Both the position numbers and the translations under genes were made by a program. Under the pieces are notes generated by a model, which saw nothing but the letters and a program-made list of their open reading frames with translations, searched no databases and was not told the DNA's origin. From Candidatus Omnitrophota bacterium (lineage in GTDB: Bacteria; Omnitrophota; Gorgyraeia; Duberdicusellales; 4484-171): DNA of 64,000 nt. This document shows positions 8,628 through 17,382 of this stretch, piece after piece (the stretch's first letter is position 1; every line of letters begins with the position of its first letter). The stretch covers positions 44,773-108,772 of the forward strand of contig PMCS01000018.1 of NCBI GenBank assembly GCA_003154195.1, given 5' to 3'.

Positions 8628-9898
8628 CTGAATCTATTCGGTTTTTGCCCGGAAGGCCTTCTTGGCCGCCATCCCCTGAACTGTTGCCGGGGATGGTCGC
8701 TGTATTGTTCGGAGGCGATTTCGGGATATTTGGAAACCGGCAGGGTCGCTTTGATGATTTTTTCGATATTCTCCACATCCTGTTTCTGGTCGGGTGTGGC
8801 AAAAGAAATCGCGTGTCCTTTGTTTCCGGCTCGCGCCGTGCGGCCGATGCGATGGACGTAATTTTCGGAGTCCTGCGGGATGTCGTAATTTATTACCACT
8901 TCGATTCCGGTGACATCGATTCCCCTGGCGGCAATATCGGTGGCGACGAGTATCTTGTACCGGCCGGACTTGAAGCCTTCGAGGGCCTGGCAGCGCTGGC
9001 TTAATGACCGGTCGGAATGGATTTCCGCCGCGCGGTGCCCCATGTCTTTGAGGGCTGCGGTGATTTTTCGCGCTTCATGTTTGGTGCGGGAAAATAAAAG
9101 AACGGCTCCGCGGTATTGGTTAAGTAATTTTCCCAGCAGTTTTAATTTCGCGTCGCGCCGGACGATAAATAATTCCTGAGTGATATTTTCCGCGGTAGTG
9201 CCGGACGGCGCGATTTCCACGGAAATAGGAAGTTTCATATGCTGGGACGCGATCGCCATGATTTCTTTAGGCATCGTCGCGGAAAAAAGCATGGTCTGGC
9301 GTTCCCGGGGCATTAATTTCAGTATTTGCTCGATTTGCGGGGCAAACCCCATATCCAGCATCCGGTCGGCTTCATCGAGTACGAGGATGAGCACGTCATC
9401 GGTGGCGATATTTCCTTGCCAGATGTGGTCGATAAATCTTCCCGGCGTGGAGATGATTACGCGCGGGCGTTTGCGCAACGCTTGTATCTGCGGGTTCATC
9501 AGCGCGCCGCCGATCAGACAGGCCGTATGCATCCCAAACGCATGAGTTAATCCCCTGAAGGCTTCGTCGATTTGCATGGCCAGCTCTCGGGTGGGAGCAA
9601 AGATCAGTGCTTTGCCATTTTCCACGGCCAGGCGTTGCACGATGGGGATGGCGAAAGCGTGGGTTTTTCCGGTGCCGGTCTGCGCGATACCGACAACGTC
9701 TTTGCCGGTAAGCGCTAAGGGGATAGCTTTAAGCTGAATTGGCGTGGGGATTTTAAATTTTATCCGTTCCAGGATTTCGAGGATTTTCGGCGCAATGCCT
9801 AAACCGTAAAAACTTGCTCCGGTTTCTTTGTTCTCGCGCGGAATATTTTGGGGATTATTTATTCGATGCGGCATTTTTGTATTATACACCTTAAGCAA
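8624..9898 (-). CDS. DEAD-box ATP-dependent RNA helicase
   Basis: Q motif; AQTGTGKT, PTRELA, DEAD, SAT, HRIGRTARAG motifs; basic C-terminal tail. Confidence 0.9.
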   Translation of the reverse strand: MLKVYNTKMPHRINNPQNIPRENKETGASFYGLGIAPKILEILERIKFKIPTPIQLKAIPLALTGKDVVGIAQTGTGKTHAFAIPIVQRLAVENGKALIFAPTRELAMQIDEAFRGLTHAFGMHTACLIGGALMNPQIQALRKRPRVIISTPGRFIDHIWQGNIATDDVLILVLDEADRMLDMGFAPQIEQILKLMPRERQTMLFSATMPKEIMAIASQHMKLPISVEIAPSGTTAENITQELFIVRRDAKLKLLGKLLNQYRGAVLLFSRTKHEARKITAALKDMGHRAAEIHSDRSLSQRCQALEGFKSGRYKILVATDIAARGIDVTGIEVVINYDIPQDSENYVHRIGRTARAGNKGHAISFATPDQKQDVENIEKIIKATLPVSKYPEIASEQYSDHPRQQFRGWRPRRPSGQKPNRFR

Positions 9899-9978
9899 AA
9901 AAATAAAAGCAATTTATGGGATAATATCAAATTTTTTTGTTATAAAATTTTTGACCGCGTCATGATTTGGAAGTTTTT

Positions 9979-10566
9979 TTATCTTTTTGGTTCCGGCTCG
10001 TTCCGGTTGGGGTCGGATTTTATCAGCCTGAATGTTTTGAGGGAATCCTCGAATTGCGGATTCATTTTGCTATAGAATTCCGGCGATGCGGCAAAAAATA
10101 TTGCATAATAGTTGTGGGTGTAAATAAATATAATTTCATGAGTCCTTTTGATTCCGCCCAGCGCTGTGGTAAGCCCCTCTATGTCCCAGGCTTCCACACC
10201 TCCGATTTTGCGTATTGTTTGCGACAATATTTTATCGCCGATTTTATTTTTGTGCGCGATAACCATTTTTTTTCCTTCTTCCCATGCTCCCGATAGGTTA
10301 GTCGGCATGGTCACGATTTGCATCATTGCCCGCGAGGGATCGCCTTTATCTTTAAAAGGAGAAAATGTATTGGAAATGATTTTTTCCCAGCCTCCGGGGA
10401 TATCAAGGCAAAACATTCCATAGGGGTCGAGGTAGGCATAATTATTGCGTTTCCTCAAGCACCCGTTGAACAGCAGGGCGGTTATCAGGCAAAACAAAAC
10501 GAGGTATGCAATCGGATTTTTACCGGTCGTTGCTCGGCGTTTTCCCGCCAATATTCTTTCTTTCAT
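9979..10566 (-). CDS. Membrane-anchored hypothetical protein
   Basis: N-terminal TM helix then soluble domain with no recognised motifs. Confidence 0.4.
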   Translation of the reverse strand: MKERILAGKRRATTGKNPIAYLVLFCLITALLFNGCLRKRNNYAYLDPYGMFCLDIPGGWEKIISNTFSPFKDKGDPSRAMMQIVTMPTNLSGAWEEGKKMVIAHKNKIGDKILSQTIRKIGGVEAWDIEGLTTALGGIKRTHEIIFIYTHNYYAIFFAASPEFYSKMNPQFEDSLKTFRLIKSDPNRNEPEPKR

Positions 10567-10569
10567 TTT

Positions 10570-11379
10570 TTACCTTCCGTTTTTTAAACTCTCTAAAAAT
10601 GATTTTATTGCCGCCAGGTATTTTTCTTTAGAATCCAGGAAGGCGTCGTTATGCCTGCCGTTTATTTCGGTAAATTCTTTCGGCGCGGCCGCCGCCTGAT
10701 AAAGCTTGAGCGCCATTGCCGGCGGTATTATCTCGTCGTCGCGGCTGGCGATAAATAATTTAGGAACGGTTACCCGTTTCACTTTATCGAGAGAATTAAA
10801 CCGGTCGGCGATAAAGAATCCCGGCACGATAGGAAAGATTTTTTTTGCCATATCCCGGGCGCTGGTAAAGGTTACCTCGGTTATTACGCCCGCCGTTTTT
10901 ACTTTTGCGGCTAAATCGATTGCTACCGCTCCGCCGAGGGATTCCCCGTAAAGGATGATATCTTCCGGGTTTATTTTTCGTTCGGCGGTCAGGTAGGTAT
11001 AGGCAGTTTCCGCGTCGGCATAGATACCTTTTTCGTAAGGTTTTCCCTGCGATTTGCCGTAACCCCGGTAATCGATGATTAATATATTTAGCCCCAGCGA
11101 TTGGAGCATCGCTATTTTATCCAAACGATGCGATAGATTTCCGGCATTGCCGTGAAAAAATAACAAGGTAAATTTAGCGCTACTGTGCGGTATAAACCAG
11201 GCGTTTATTTTAATTTTATCCGGGGTGATGAGGCCGATATCTTCAAAGGCCAGGTTTATCAGATTTGGCGTTGCTTCTATTCTTTTTGACGGGAAGAATA
11301 CGCCGTTGTATTCAATATATTTCACGTAAATAAAAAATAGTGCGAATATTCCCAGTGCATAAACTGCTATTTTAAACAT
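10570..11379 (-). CDS. Alpha/beta hydrolase (membrane-anchored)
   Basis: TM anchor; HGNAGN oxyanion region; nucleophile elbow GESLGG; DYRGYG. Confidence 0.8.
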   Translation of the reverse strand: MFKIAVYALGIFALFFIYVKYIEYNGVFFPSKRIEATPNLINLAFEDIGLITPDKIKINAWFIPHSSAKFTLLFFHGNAGNLSHRLDKIAMLQSLGLNILIIDYRGYGKSQGKPYEKGIYADAETAYTYLTAERKINPEDIILYGESLGGAVAIDLAAKVKTAGVITEVTFTSARDMAKKIFPIVPGFFIADRFNSLDKVKRVTVPKLFIASRDDEIIPPAMALKLYQAAAAPKEFTEINGRHNDAFLDSKEKYLAAIKSFLESLKNGR

Positions 11380-11384
11380 AAATA

Positions 11385-11560
11385 CTTTACAGGTTAGGGC
11401 TAAGGTTAAGAAGCCGGTAACAAATCGGCTAAGGTTAAGGTTAGGATGACGGTTTGGGCTATGGTAATGGTTAGGGCTGATATGAATTTACAGCCTTAAC
11501 CCTAACCCTGACCTATACTGGCATCCTTACCTTTACCCTAACCAAGTTTTATTACCCTAC
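11385..11560. repeat. Long imperfect palindrome built from ggttaggg/taagg units
   Basis: ggttagggctaaggttaag ... ttagggctgatatgaatttacagccttaaccctaaccc ... ccttacctttaccctaacc. Confidence 0.55.
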
Positions 11561-11955
11561 CCGTTTTTAATTATTAACGTATCCCCTTCTTTTATCCCTT
11601 TCGCTGCTGATAGTCCCGCGGCGCATTCGATGGTATAGAACGATTTGCGGCAAAACACTATTCGCATCGGCGGGACATTTTCGCGTAGTTTGATTACCTC
11701 CATGCTTTTGTCCAGGAAAATGATGTCAATCGGCATCAGCATAAAAAAAGTGTGGATTTCGCCCGCGCGATAAAAAATTAAAGCCTGATTATCCGGGATA
11801 CTTTTTCGAAACATTAATCCGATGAGGCGTTTGAGGCGTGAGTCGGCCATCCTTGCGTCATCAAAAAGGATTTTATTTCCGGCGTTGAGTATCTGCGGCA
11901 TATAATTTAAGTAGCTAGTAGAAAGTAGCCAGTAAACGGAAAAGCAAGAAGACAT
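11557..11955 (-). CDS. DUF192-domain protein
   Basis: ALIFYRAGEIHTFFMLMPIDIIFLD...YTIECAAG pattern of DUF192/COG1430. Start uncertain; an internal ATG lies near 11901. Confidence 0.55.
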   Translation of the reverse strand: MSSCFSVYWLLSTSYLNYMPQILNAGNKILFDDARMADSRLKRLIGLMFRKSIPDNQALIFYRAGEIHTFFMLMPIDIIFLDKSMEVIKLRENVPPMRIVFCRKSFYTIECAAGLSAAKGIKEGDTLIIKNG

Positions 11956-11976
11956 ATTTCTTTTTCTATTTACTTT

Positions 11977-12399
11977 CTACTTTGTGTTTTCTGCCGTTAA
12001 GGCGGCGCGAATGTCGTCGGGAATAACCATTGGCTTAAAGCCGTCGTTTACGCATACCAGGACTACCGTTGACCGGGCGATCAAAGCATCCCCGCGGTAG
12101 ATATTTTGCATAAATACCATTGACGCCGATTTTATTTTTTCAATTTCCGTAACGATTTGTAAAGTATCTTGATATTGCGCCGGCAGTTTATAGTCGATCT
12201 CAAGTTTGGCTACGACAAACCATATCCCCTTGTCGCCGAGGCCTTTCAGGTCAAGGCCTTTGTCGATAAGGTATTGCGTCCGGCCTTCTTCCAGATATTT
12301 CAGGTAATTGGCGTAATAAACTACTTCGCCGGCGTCGGTATCGTGGTAGTAAATTTTTTTTTCTATAATATTTTTATTGTCCATTATTATTATTCCCGC
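11977..12399 (-). CDS. Acyl-CoA thioesterase, hotdog fold (YbgC/4HBT-like)
   Basis: YHDTDAGEVVYYANYLKYLEEGRTQYL, the typical YbgC N-terminus. Start moved to an internal Met to avoid overlap with rmuC. Confidence 0.75.
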   Translation of the reverse strand, partial: AGIIIMDNKNIIEKKIYYHDTDAGEVVYYANYLKYLEEGRTQYLIDKGLDLKGLGDKGIWFVVAKLEIDYKLPAQYQDTLQIVTEIEKIKSASMVFMQNIYRGDALIARSTVVLVCVNDGFKPMVIPDDIRAALTAENTK

Positions 12400-13717
12400 C
12401 ATTTTGTCCGGCGGTATCAATCAGTTTATGCTCGTCAGGCGCGTTCACCGGCAGTTCCTGCACATTTTTTAATTTTCTTTCGATGGTGTGCGACTTTTTT
12501 GAGGCGTCTTCAACGATATTGGCCGCTTCCTGTAATTTTTTTTGTGTGCGTTCCAGGATTTCGTTAAATTTACCGAATTCTGTTTTTACCGCCCCCAGGA
12601 GCTGCCATACTTCACTGGCGCGTTTTTCTATTGCCAGGGTCCGGAATCCCATTTGCAGGCTGTTTAAAATCGCCGAGATTGTCGTCGGCCCGGCCAGTGA
12701 AACGCGGTAGTCTTTGCGCAGGGTATCGGATAACCCGGGCTTACGTAATACTTCGGCGTAGAGGCCTTCGACCGGCAGGAATAGTATGCCGAAATCAGTA
12801 GTGTTGGGCGGGTCGATATATTTTTCCTTAATATCTTTTGCTTCGGATTTTATCCTTGTTTCCAGCGCCTTTGCCGCTGTTTCAATTGATTCGATGTCGC
12901 CTTTTTCCTGCGCTTCGACGAGCTTTTGGTAGTCTTCGAGAGGAAATTTAGCGTCAATCGGCAGCCATGTCGCGGTACCGTCTTTGCCGGGGAGTTTTAT
13001 CGCGAACTCCACCCGTTCATTGCTCCCGATTTTTGTAACGACGTTTTTCGCGTATTGTTCGCGGGTTAAAATCTCTTCAAGGAGATTTTCCAATTGGACT
13101 TCTCCCCACATCCCCCTGGTTTTTACGTTGGTGAGTACTTTTTTTAGATCGCCGACTCCATTGGCAAGGCTTTGCATTTCGCCCAGGCCTTTGGATACCA
13201 GTTCCAACCTTTCGCTTACCAATTTGAACGATTCCCCCAGCCTTTTTTCCAGGGTATTGTGCAGTTTTTCGTCGACCGTGGCGCGCATTTGTTCAAGTTT
13301 CGTATTATTGTCATCCTGAAGATTTTTTAGTTTTTCTTCGACCGTGGCCCTCATTGCTTCCAGCTTCTGCTCATTCATCCGCGTAAGCGACGTTAATTGT
13401 CCGGAAAATACATCAAGCTGGTTTTTTTGCAGGTTCGCGATGTTGCTCATGGCGGCAAGAAGCGAGTCGTTGAAAGATTTTAAATTAGCGCTCATCTCCT
13501 GGCGGTTATCTTTCGCGGTCGCGTTGGTCTCCTGGCGGGTTTTTCCCGACTCATCTTTTATCGCGTTCTCTAACCGGGCAAGGCTTTGCTCCGCGTAGTC
13601 TAACTTTTCCCGGAACTTTATAATTTCGCCGGCAGGATTTCGTTTAAGCGAAACAAATAAAAATACCAGGTTTATTGCGCTAAGCGCGAGTAAGATTATT
13701 AAAAAGGCGGTAGTCAT
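12374..13717 (-). CDS. rmuC: DNA recombination protein RmuC
   Basis: N-terminal TM, long coiled coil, C-terminal RmuC domain (GMWGEVQLENLLE ... LPIDAKFPLEDY). Confidence 0.85.
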   Translation of the reverse strand: MTTAFLIILLALSAINLVFLFVSLKRNPAGEIIKFREKLDYAEQSLARLENAIKDESGKTRQETNATAKDNRQEMSANLKSFNDSLLAAMSNIANLQKNQLDVFSGQLTSLTRMNEQKLEAMRATVEEKLKNLQDDNNTKLEQMRATVDEKLHNTLEKRLGESFKLVSERLELVSKGLGEMQSLANGVGDLKKVLTNVKTRGMWGEVQLENLLEEILTREQYAKNVVTKIGSNERVEFAIKLPGKDGTATWLPIDAKFPLEDYQKLVEAQEKGDIESIETAAKALETRIKSEAKDIKEKYIDPPNTTDFGILFLPVEGLYAEVLRKPGLSDTLRKDYRVSLAGPTTISAILNSLQMGFRTLAIEKRASEVWQLLGAVKTEFGKFNEILERTQKKLQEAANIVEDASKKSHTIERKLKNVQELPVNAPDEHKLIDTAGQNGGNNNNGQ

Positions 13718-13734
13718 GAGAGTTATTTTAACTT

Positions 13735-13905
13735 ACACGGCCTTGGCGGTCAAGGAGGGAATTTGACGTCAGATAGACAGATGTCAGATAATCAGATATC
13801 AGATAATCGGATAACAGGTATCCGCCATCTGTCGTTCTGCTTATCGGGCATCTGCCTATCTATTTATCTGACACCTGTTTATCTGATACTGGTTTTATAT
13901 CAAAA
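13735..13905. repeat. Imperfect palindrome built from cagata units
   Basis: gacgtcagatagacagatgtcagataatcagatatcagataatcggataacagg ... cctgtttatctgatactgg. Confidence 0.5.
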
Positions 13906-14846
13906 ATAGTTATCTCCGGACGGGCGAAAAATCTTATTTTTGGCGCCGGCATCATGTCCATTCCCAGGCCTCGATTGACATAAAGAATCGTGCTGCCGAT
14001 ATGGTAGATCCCGGATTCGTATTTTTTTCCATATTTGGAAAGAGTGATTATCGCTCCGTAGAACGGCAAGCTGACCTGTCCTCCATGAGTATGGCCGCTG
14101 AGGTATAAATCGACGTTGTTCCTGGCGTATTCGATCAGGGCTGACGAATGATAAAGAAATATTTTAAAGTTTTTACCGGCGGAGTTTTGTAACATTGCCG
14201 GATTTATTTTTTGATAAGTGTAATTCATGCCGTAGAGGAAGATCGTTTCGCCGTTTTTTACTACGGCGGCGCGTTTATTGTTGAGTTCTTTGAAGCCGGA
14301 GTTTTTAAATAAATTTATTTTTGGCCAGTATCTTGCGTCTACATTACCGCGCACCGCGTATTTTATCCCGGCGTTTATGCGTTTAAGCGTATCCTGGAAA
14401 ACCGGCAAAGCCAGGCTGGTGTTAAGCGCATCGCCGGTAAAAACTACGATATCCGGTTTAAGTTTGTTAATGATGTCAGGGATGCGTTTTTCGTTTACGC
14501 TACCCCGGTCGCAGTGCAAGTCGGAGATCTGAGCGATGCGAAAGCTCGTCTTATTTAGTTTGGGAGTGGCGATTTCTATTATTTTTGTTTCCACCCAGTA
14601 GGGTTCGATAAAAAAACCGTAGGCAAGGCATAAAACGCTGGCAAGGGTCAGGGCGTGCAGGATAACGATAGGTTTAGCCGGTTTTTTCCGTGGTTTTTTG
14701 CGCAGCAAACTAACGAGAAATTTTATTAATAAGACTGATTCAGCAAAGTATAGCGCGGCCAGGAAAGCGAAGAGAATAATAAGGCCGGTTAATTCGCCGA
14801 AGCGTAATTCTTTGATAATTGATTTGAGGGATAGACTAGGCTCCAT
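13860..14846 (-). CDS. Membrane-anchored calcineurin-like metallophosphoesterase
   Basis: Two N-terminal TM helices; ISDLHCD, GDALN, GNVD, GHTHGGQ metallophosphatase motifs. Confidence 0.8.
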   Translation of the reverse strand: MEPSLSLKSIIKELRFGELTGLIILFAFLAALYFAESVLLIKFLVSLLRKKPRKKPAKPIVILHALTLASVLCLAYGFFIEPYWVETKIIEIATPKLNKTSFRIAQISDLHCDRGSVNEKRIPDIINKLKPDIVVFTGDALNTSLALPVFQDTLKRINAGIKYAVRGNVDARYWPKINLFKNSGFKELNNKRAAVVKNGETIFLYGMNYTYQKINPAMLQNSAGKNFKIFLYHSSALIEYARNNVDLYLSGHTHGGQVSLPFYGAIITLSKYGKKYESGIYHIGSTILYVNRGLGMDMMPAPKIRFFARPEITIFDIKPVSDKQVSDK

Positions 14847-16424
14847 TTAAAAGGGAATATTTCGGTTGGGCTCTTTTTTCTTAAGCGCGTACGTTTGTAC
14901 TTGGTCTTTTTCGCATATCCCGGCCGGCGCGAACTCATTTTTACTGCGTATTTTCTGGTAAGTGCTTTCCGAAATCAGTATTTCTCCGGGGTTGGCCATT
15001 TTCTGGAGATGTCCGGCGATGTCCAGCGCGGCGCTGAAGATTTCGCTGTTTTTCTGAGAGGTATCCGCCACAATTTTTCCCGTATTGATGCCCTGCCGGA
15101 CACGAAATCCCGATTTTAACGTATTGATCGATTTATTGAACCGGTCGATTTCTTTAAGTATTTCCTGGGCGGTTATTACCGCCTGGTCGGCGCTTTCGAA
15201 AATATAGATCGCGCCGTCTCCCGAGCGGGTCAAGATTTTTCCCCGGCGTCTCTGAATGGCGTCATCAACTATTTTCCAATACTTACGAAACGCCAGGAGT
15301 ACATTTTCCGCTTGTTCTTCCGATTTTAATTTAGCGCTGTCGGCGACGTCGATATCCAGCGCCGTTATCTCACGGACAAATTTTCGATTAATGTATTCTT
15401 GAAGTTTTTTCTGCATCTGAAGCGATTCTTCAAGGGTCAGCCCCTGGATCACGGCGATTTTTTCCCTGTCCGGCGGCGTCGGAGGGGTATCATCCGCGTT
15501 TTCCGATTCTCGCGGATTTTCCGTATCGTCCGCGGCGATTTTTCCGGCGGCGGCCCGCTTCGTTTCCCATATAACTAGCGCGATCAGCATGGCAATCGCG
15601 GCGCGCAGAGTGAAATCCGTCAGGCTAAAAGGAATTTTTTCCTGGTAAAGCGTCAGCACAATAAATTGCAATACGGTAATCATCGCGATGCCGATAACGG
15701 CGGCAAGTAAGTCGAGCGGCCATTTTTTTTTCGCGATTAAAAAGTGCAAGAGGGAGCTGGTTACTCCCCAGGCGACGACTTGCAGAAAGACCAGGGGCTG
15801 GTAGAGCATGAATTTTAACAGCTTAACCGCAGTGACCAGCGCGCCGCTCAGGTCGAAGGCTGAAAAAGCTTCTTTCAGCCAGGAAAGATTATAGAAAGGC
15901 GACTGGGGTTTAGAATTCAGGGCAATAAATTTATAGAGCGGTATCCCGATAACCAGGTTGCCCATAAGCTCTTGCTGTCCGATTATCCCCGCGATACAGC
16001 AGGCAAGGCAGGCGATGCTTGCTATAGTGCCGGCGGCCAATTGGGTTTCCGCCAACAGCGGCGCCAGAAAGATTATCAAAAATTCAATGGGCAAAGGCCG
16101 GCCAAAAATATTTAAAGCGGCCAGAAAAGGCGCGGCAACGATAAGCAGGAAGATTCTAGGGAAAGGCTGTGTTCTAACGGAAAATATTACCGCGATCACG
16201 GCGGCAAGCAGGTACAGGGTAAAAAGTTCCGGGGATTGATACAAAAGACTTATGCCGAAAACCGCCATCGCGGCGAAAATAGCGGTTTTGATAAACCAGT
16301 ATGCCGAAAGAGTTATCAGCAGAACAAAGGCCAACGTCCACCATTGAGGGAAATAGGGAAATACCCCGAGGGATAAATAGGTTAAAGCTCCGGCGGTTAA
16401 CGCCTGGAAAATTCTACCGAGCAT
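14847..16424 (-). CDS. Integral-membrane class III adenylate/guanylate cyclase
   Basis: About 8 TM helices then a cyclase homology domain (LDIDVADSAKL ... RSGDGAIYIFE ... RVRQGINTGKIV ... ISESTYQ). Confidence 0.7.
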   Translation of the reverse strand: MLGRIFQALTAGALTYLSLGVFPYFPQWWTLAFVLLITLSAYWFIKTAIFAAMAVFGISLLYQSPELFTLYLLAAVIAVIFSVRTQPFPRIFLLIVAAPFLAALNIFGRPLPIEFLIIFLAPLLAETQLAAGTIASIACLACCIAGIIGQQELMGNLVIGIPLYKFIALNSKPQSPFYNLSWLKEAFSAFDLSGALVTAVKLLKFMLYQPLVFLQVVAWGVTSSLLHFLIAKKKWPLDLLAAVIGIAMITVLQFIVLTLYQEKIPFSLTDFTLRAAIAMLIALVIWETKRAAAGKIAADDTENPRESENADDTPPTPPDREKIAVIQGLTLEESLQMQKKLQEYINRKFVREITALDIDVADSAKLKSEEQAENVLLAFRKYWKIVDDAIQRRRGKILTRSGDGAIYIFESADQAVITAQEILKEIDRFNKSINTLKSGFRVRQGINTGKIVADTSQKNSEIFSAALDIAGHLQKMANPGEILISESTYQKIRSKNEFAPAGICEKDQVQTYALKKKEPNRNIPF

Positions 16425-16464
16425 GTATTATATTTATATTAGAAATACAATGTTGTCAATAGGA

Positions 16465-16590
16465 AAATTTAAGGGGATCGGGGGGTCGGGGAATTGGGGT
16501 TTGGGAATCAGGATATTGGGTGATTGGGTAGTGCCTGATTCCCAGTTTCCCAGTCCCCAAATCCCGATGTCCTGATTTCCTGCTACCCTT
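16465..16590. repeat. Imperfect palindrome built from gggaat/ttgggg units
   Basis: ggggatcggggggtcggggaattggggtttgggaatcaggatattggg ... cccagtttcccagtccccaaatcccgatgtcctgatttcc. Confidence 0.55.
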
Positions 16591-16621
16591 ATTTATGCGC
16601 TTGTTTTTTCTTCGCTGCCGG

Positions 16622-17185
16622 TTACCTTTTAATGCCCGGCGATGATTTTCCCAGGTAAGCGTTGACGCGTTCTTCGATGATGAGCCGGGGGTTGGCTTTT
16701 ATTTTTTTCAGGTGTTCGAGCTGAGCTCCCAGCAAATTTATCTGGGCATCGATATTTTTGCCGTAATTATTCACATCGATGCTTGCTTCGACCAGGGAGG
16801 TAAGCTGCTGCCGCGCGTCTTGTTCCGGCAGCTTTCCGCTGTGGTACGCCGCGACAATCGCGGATATTTTTTTGCCTAGTTCTTTTTTTTCCAGGTACTT
16901 TTGATAAGCGGCCGGGTCTTTTTCTTTCATCTGCTGCATCATCCGTTCTTCCATCGCGTTTTGATTGCTAAGGTTGGATGGTTGGCGCATCGCCGAAGAC
17001 GGCATTGTCCGGAAAACGCTGGTAGTTGTCGACGTTTTAGTTTGTGTCGTTGTCGTTGACGCCGCAGGTGTTGTGCTGCTGGTCACTTTTTTACCGCTTG
17101 ATTTAATGACTACGTTCTCACCGTAGGCAAGAGATACGCCGATTGCGCTTACCGCTACGAATACTGATAACACAAATAGTCTCAT
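16622..17185 (-). CDS. Secreted Ser/Thr-rich hypothetical protein
   Basis: Signal peptide, poly-Thr/Ser linker, helical C-terminal domain. Confidence 0.4.
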   Translation of the reverse strand: MRLFVLSVFVAVSAIGVSLAYGENVVIKSSGKKVTSSTTPAASTTTTQTKTSTTTSVFRTMPSSAMRQPSNLSNQNAMEERMMQQMKEKDPAAYQKYLEKKELGKKISAIVAAYHSGKLPEQDARQQLTSLVEASIDVNNYGKNIDAQINLLGAQLEHLKKIKANPRLIIEERVNAYLGKSSPGIKR

Positions 17186-17342
17186 AAAAATTACCTCCTT
17201 ATTTTTTTGCTGGCAAAAAAATAATCACTCTTCCGTTTTTACCAACAAAATTATACCAACCAATTCAGTGAAATACTTTTTTCATAATGTATGATTATCT
17301 TTGGGTTAAATAGACCGTCTTCTTAATCTTTTTTTCGTCAAC

Positions 17343-17376
17343 TTATAATTCAAAAAATGCGTTTTCCAACGCATTT
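17343..17376 (-). terminator. Rho-independent terminator downstream of 17383-19299
   Basis: Perfect inverted repeat ttcaaaaaatgcgtt..aacgcattttttgaa with flanking T run. Confidence 0.6.
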
Positions 17377-17382
17377 TTTGAA

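Noticed and set aside
11385-11560. Telomere-like ttaggg repeats
   Set aside because: The units are degenerate and arranged as an inverted palindrome inside a bacterial-type gene context. No tandem array of identical units is present.
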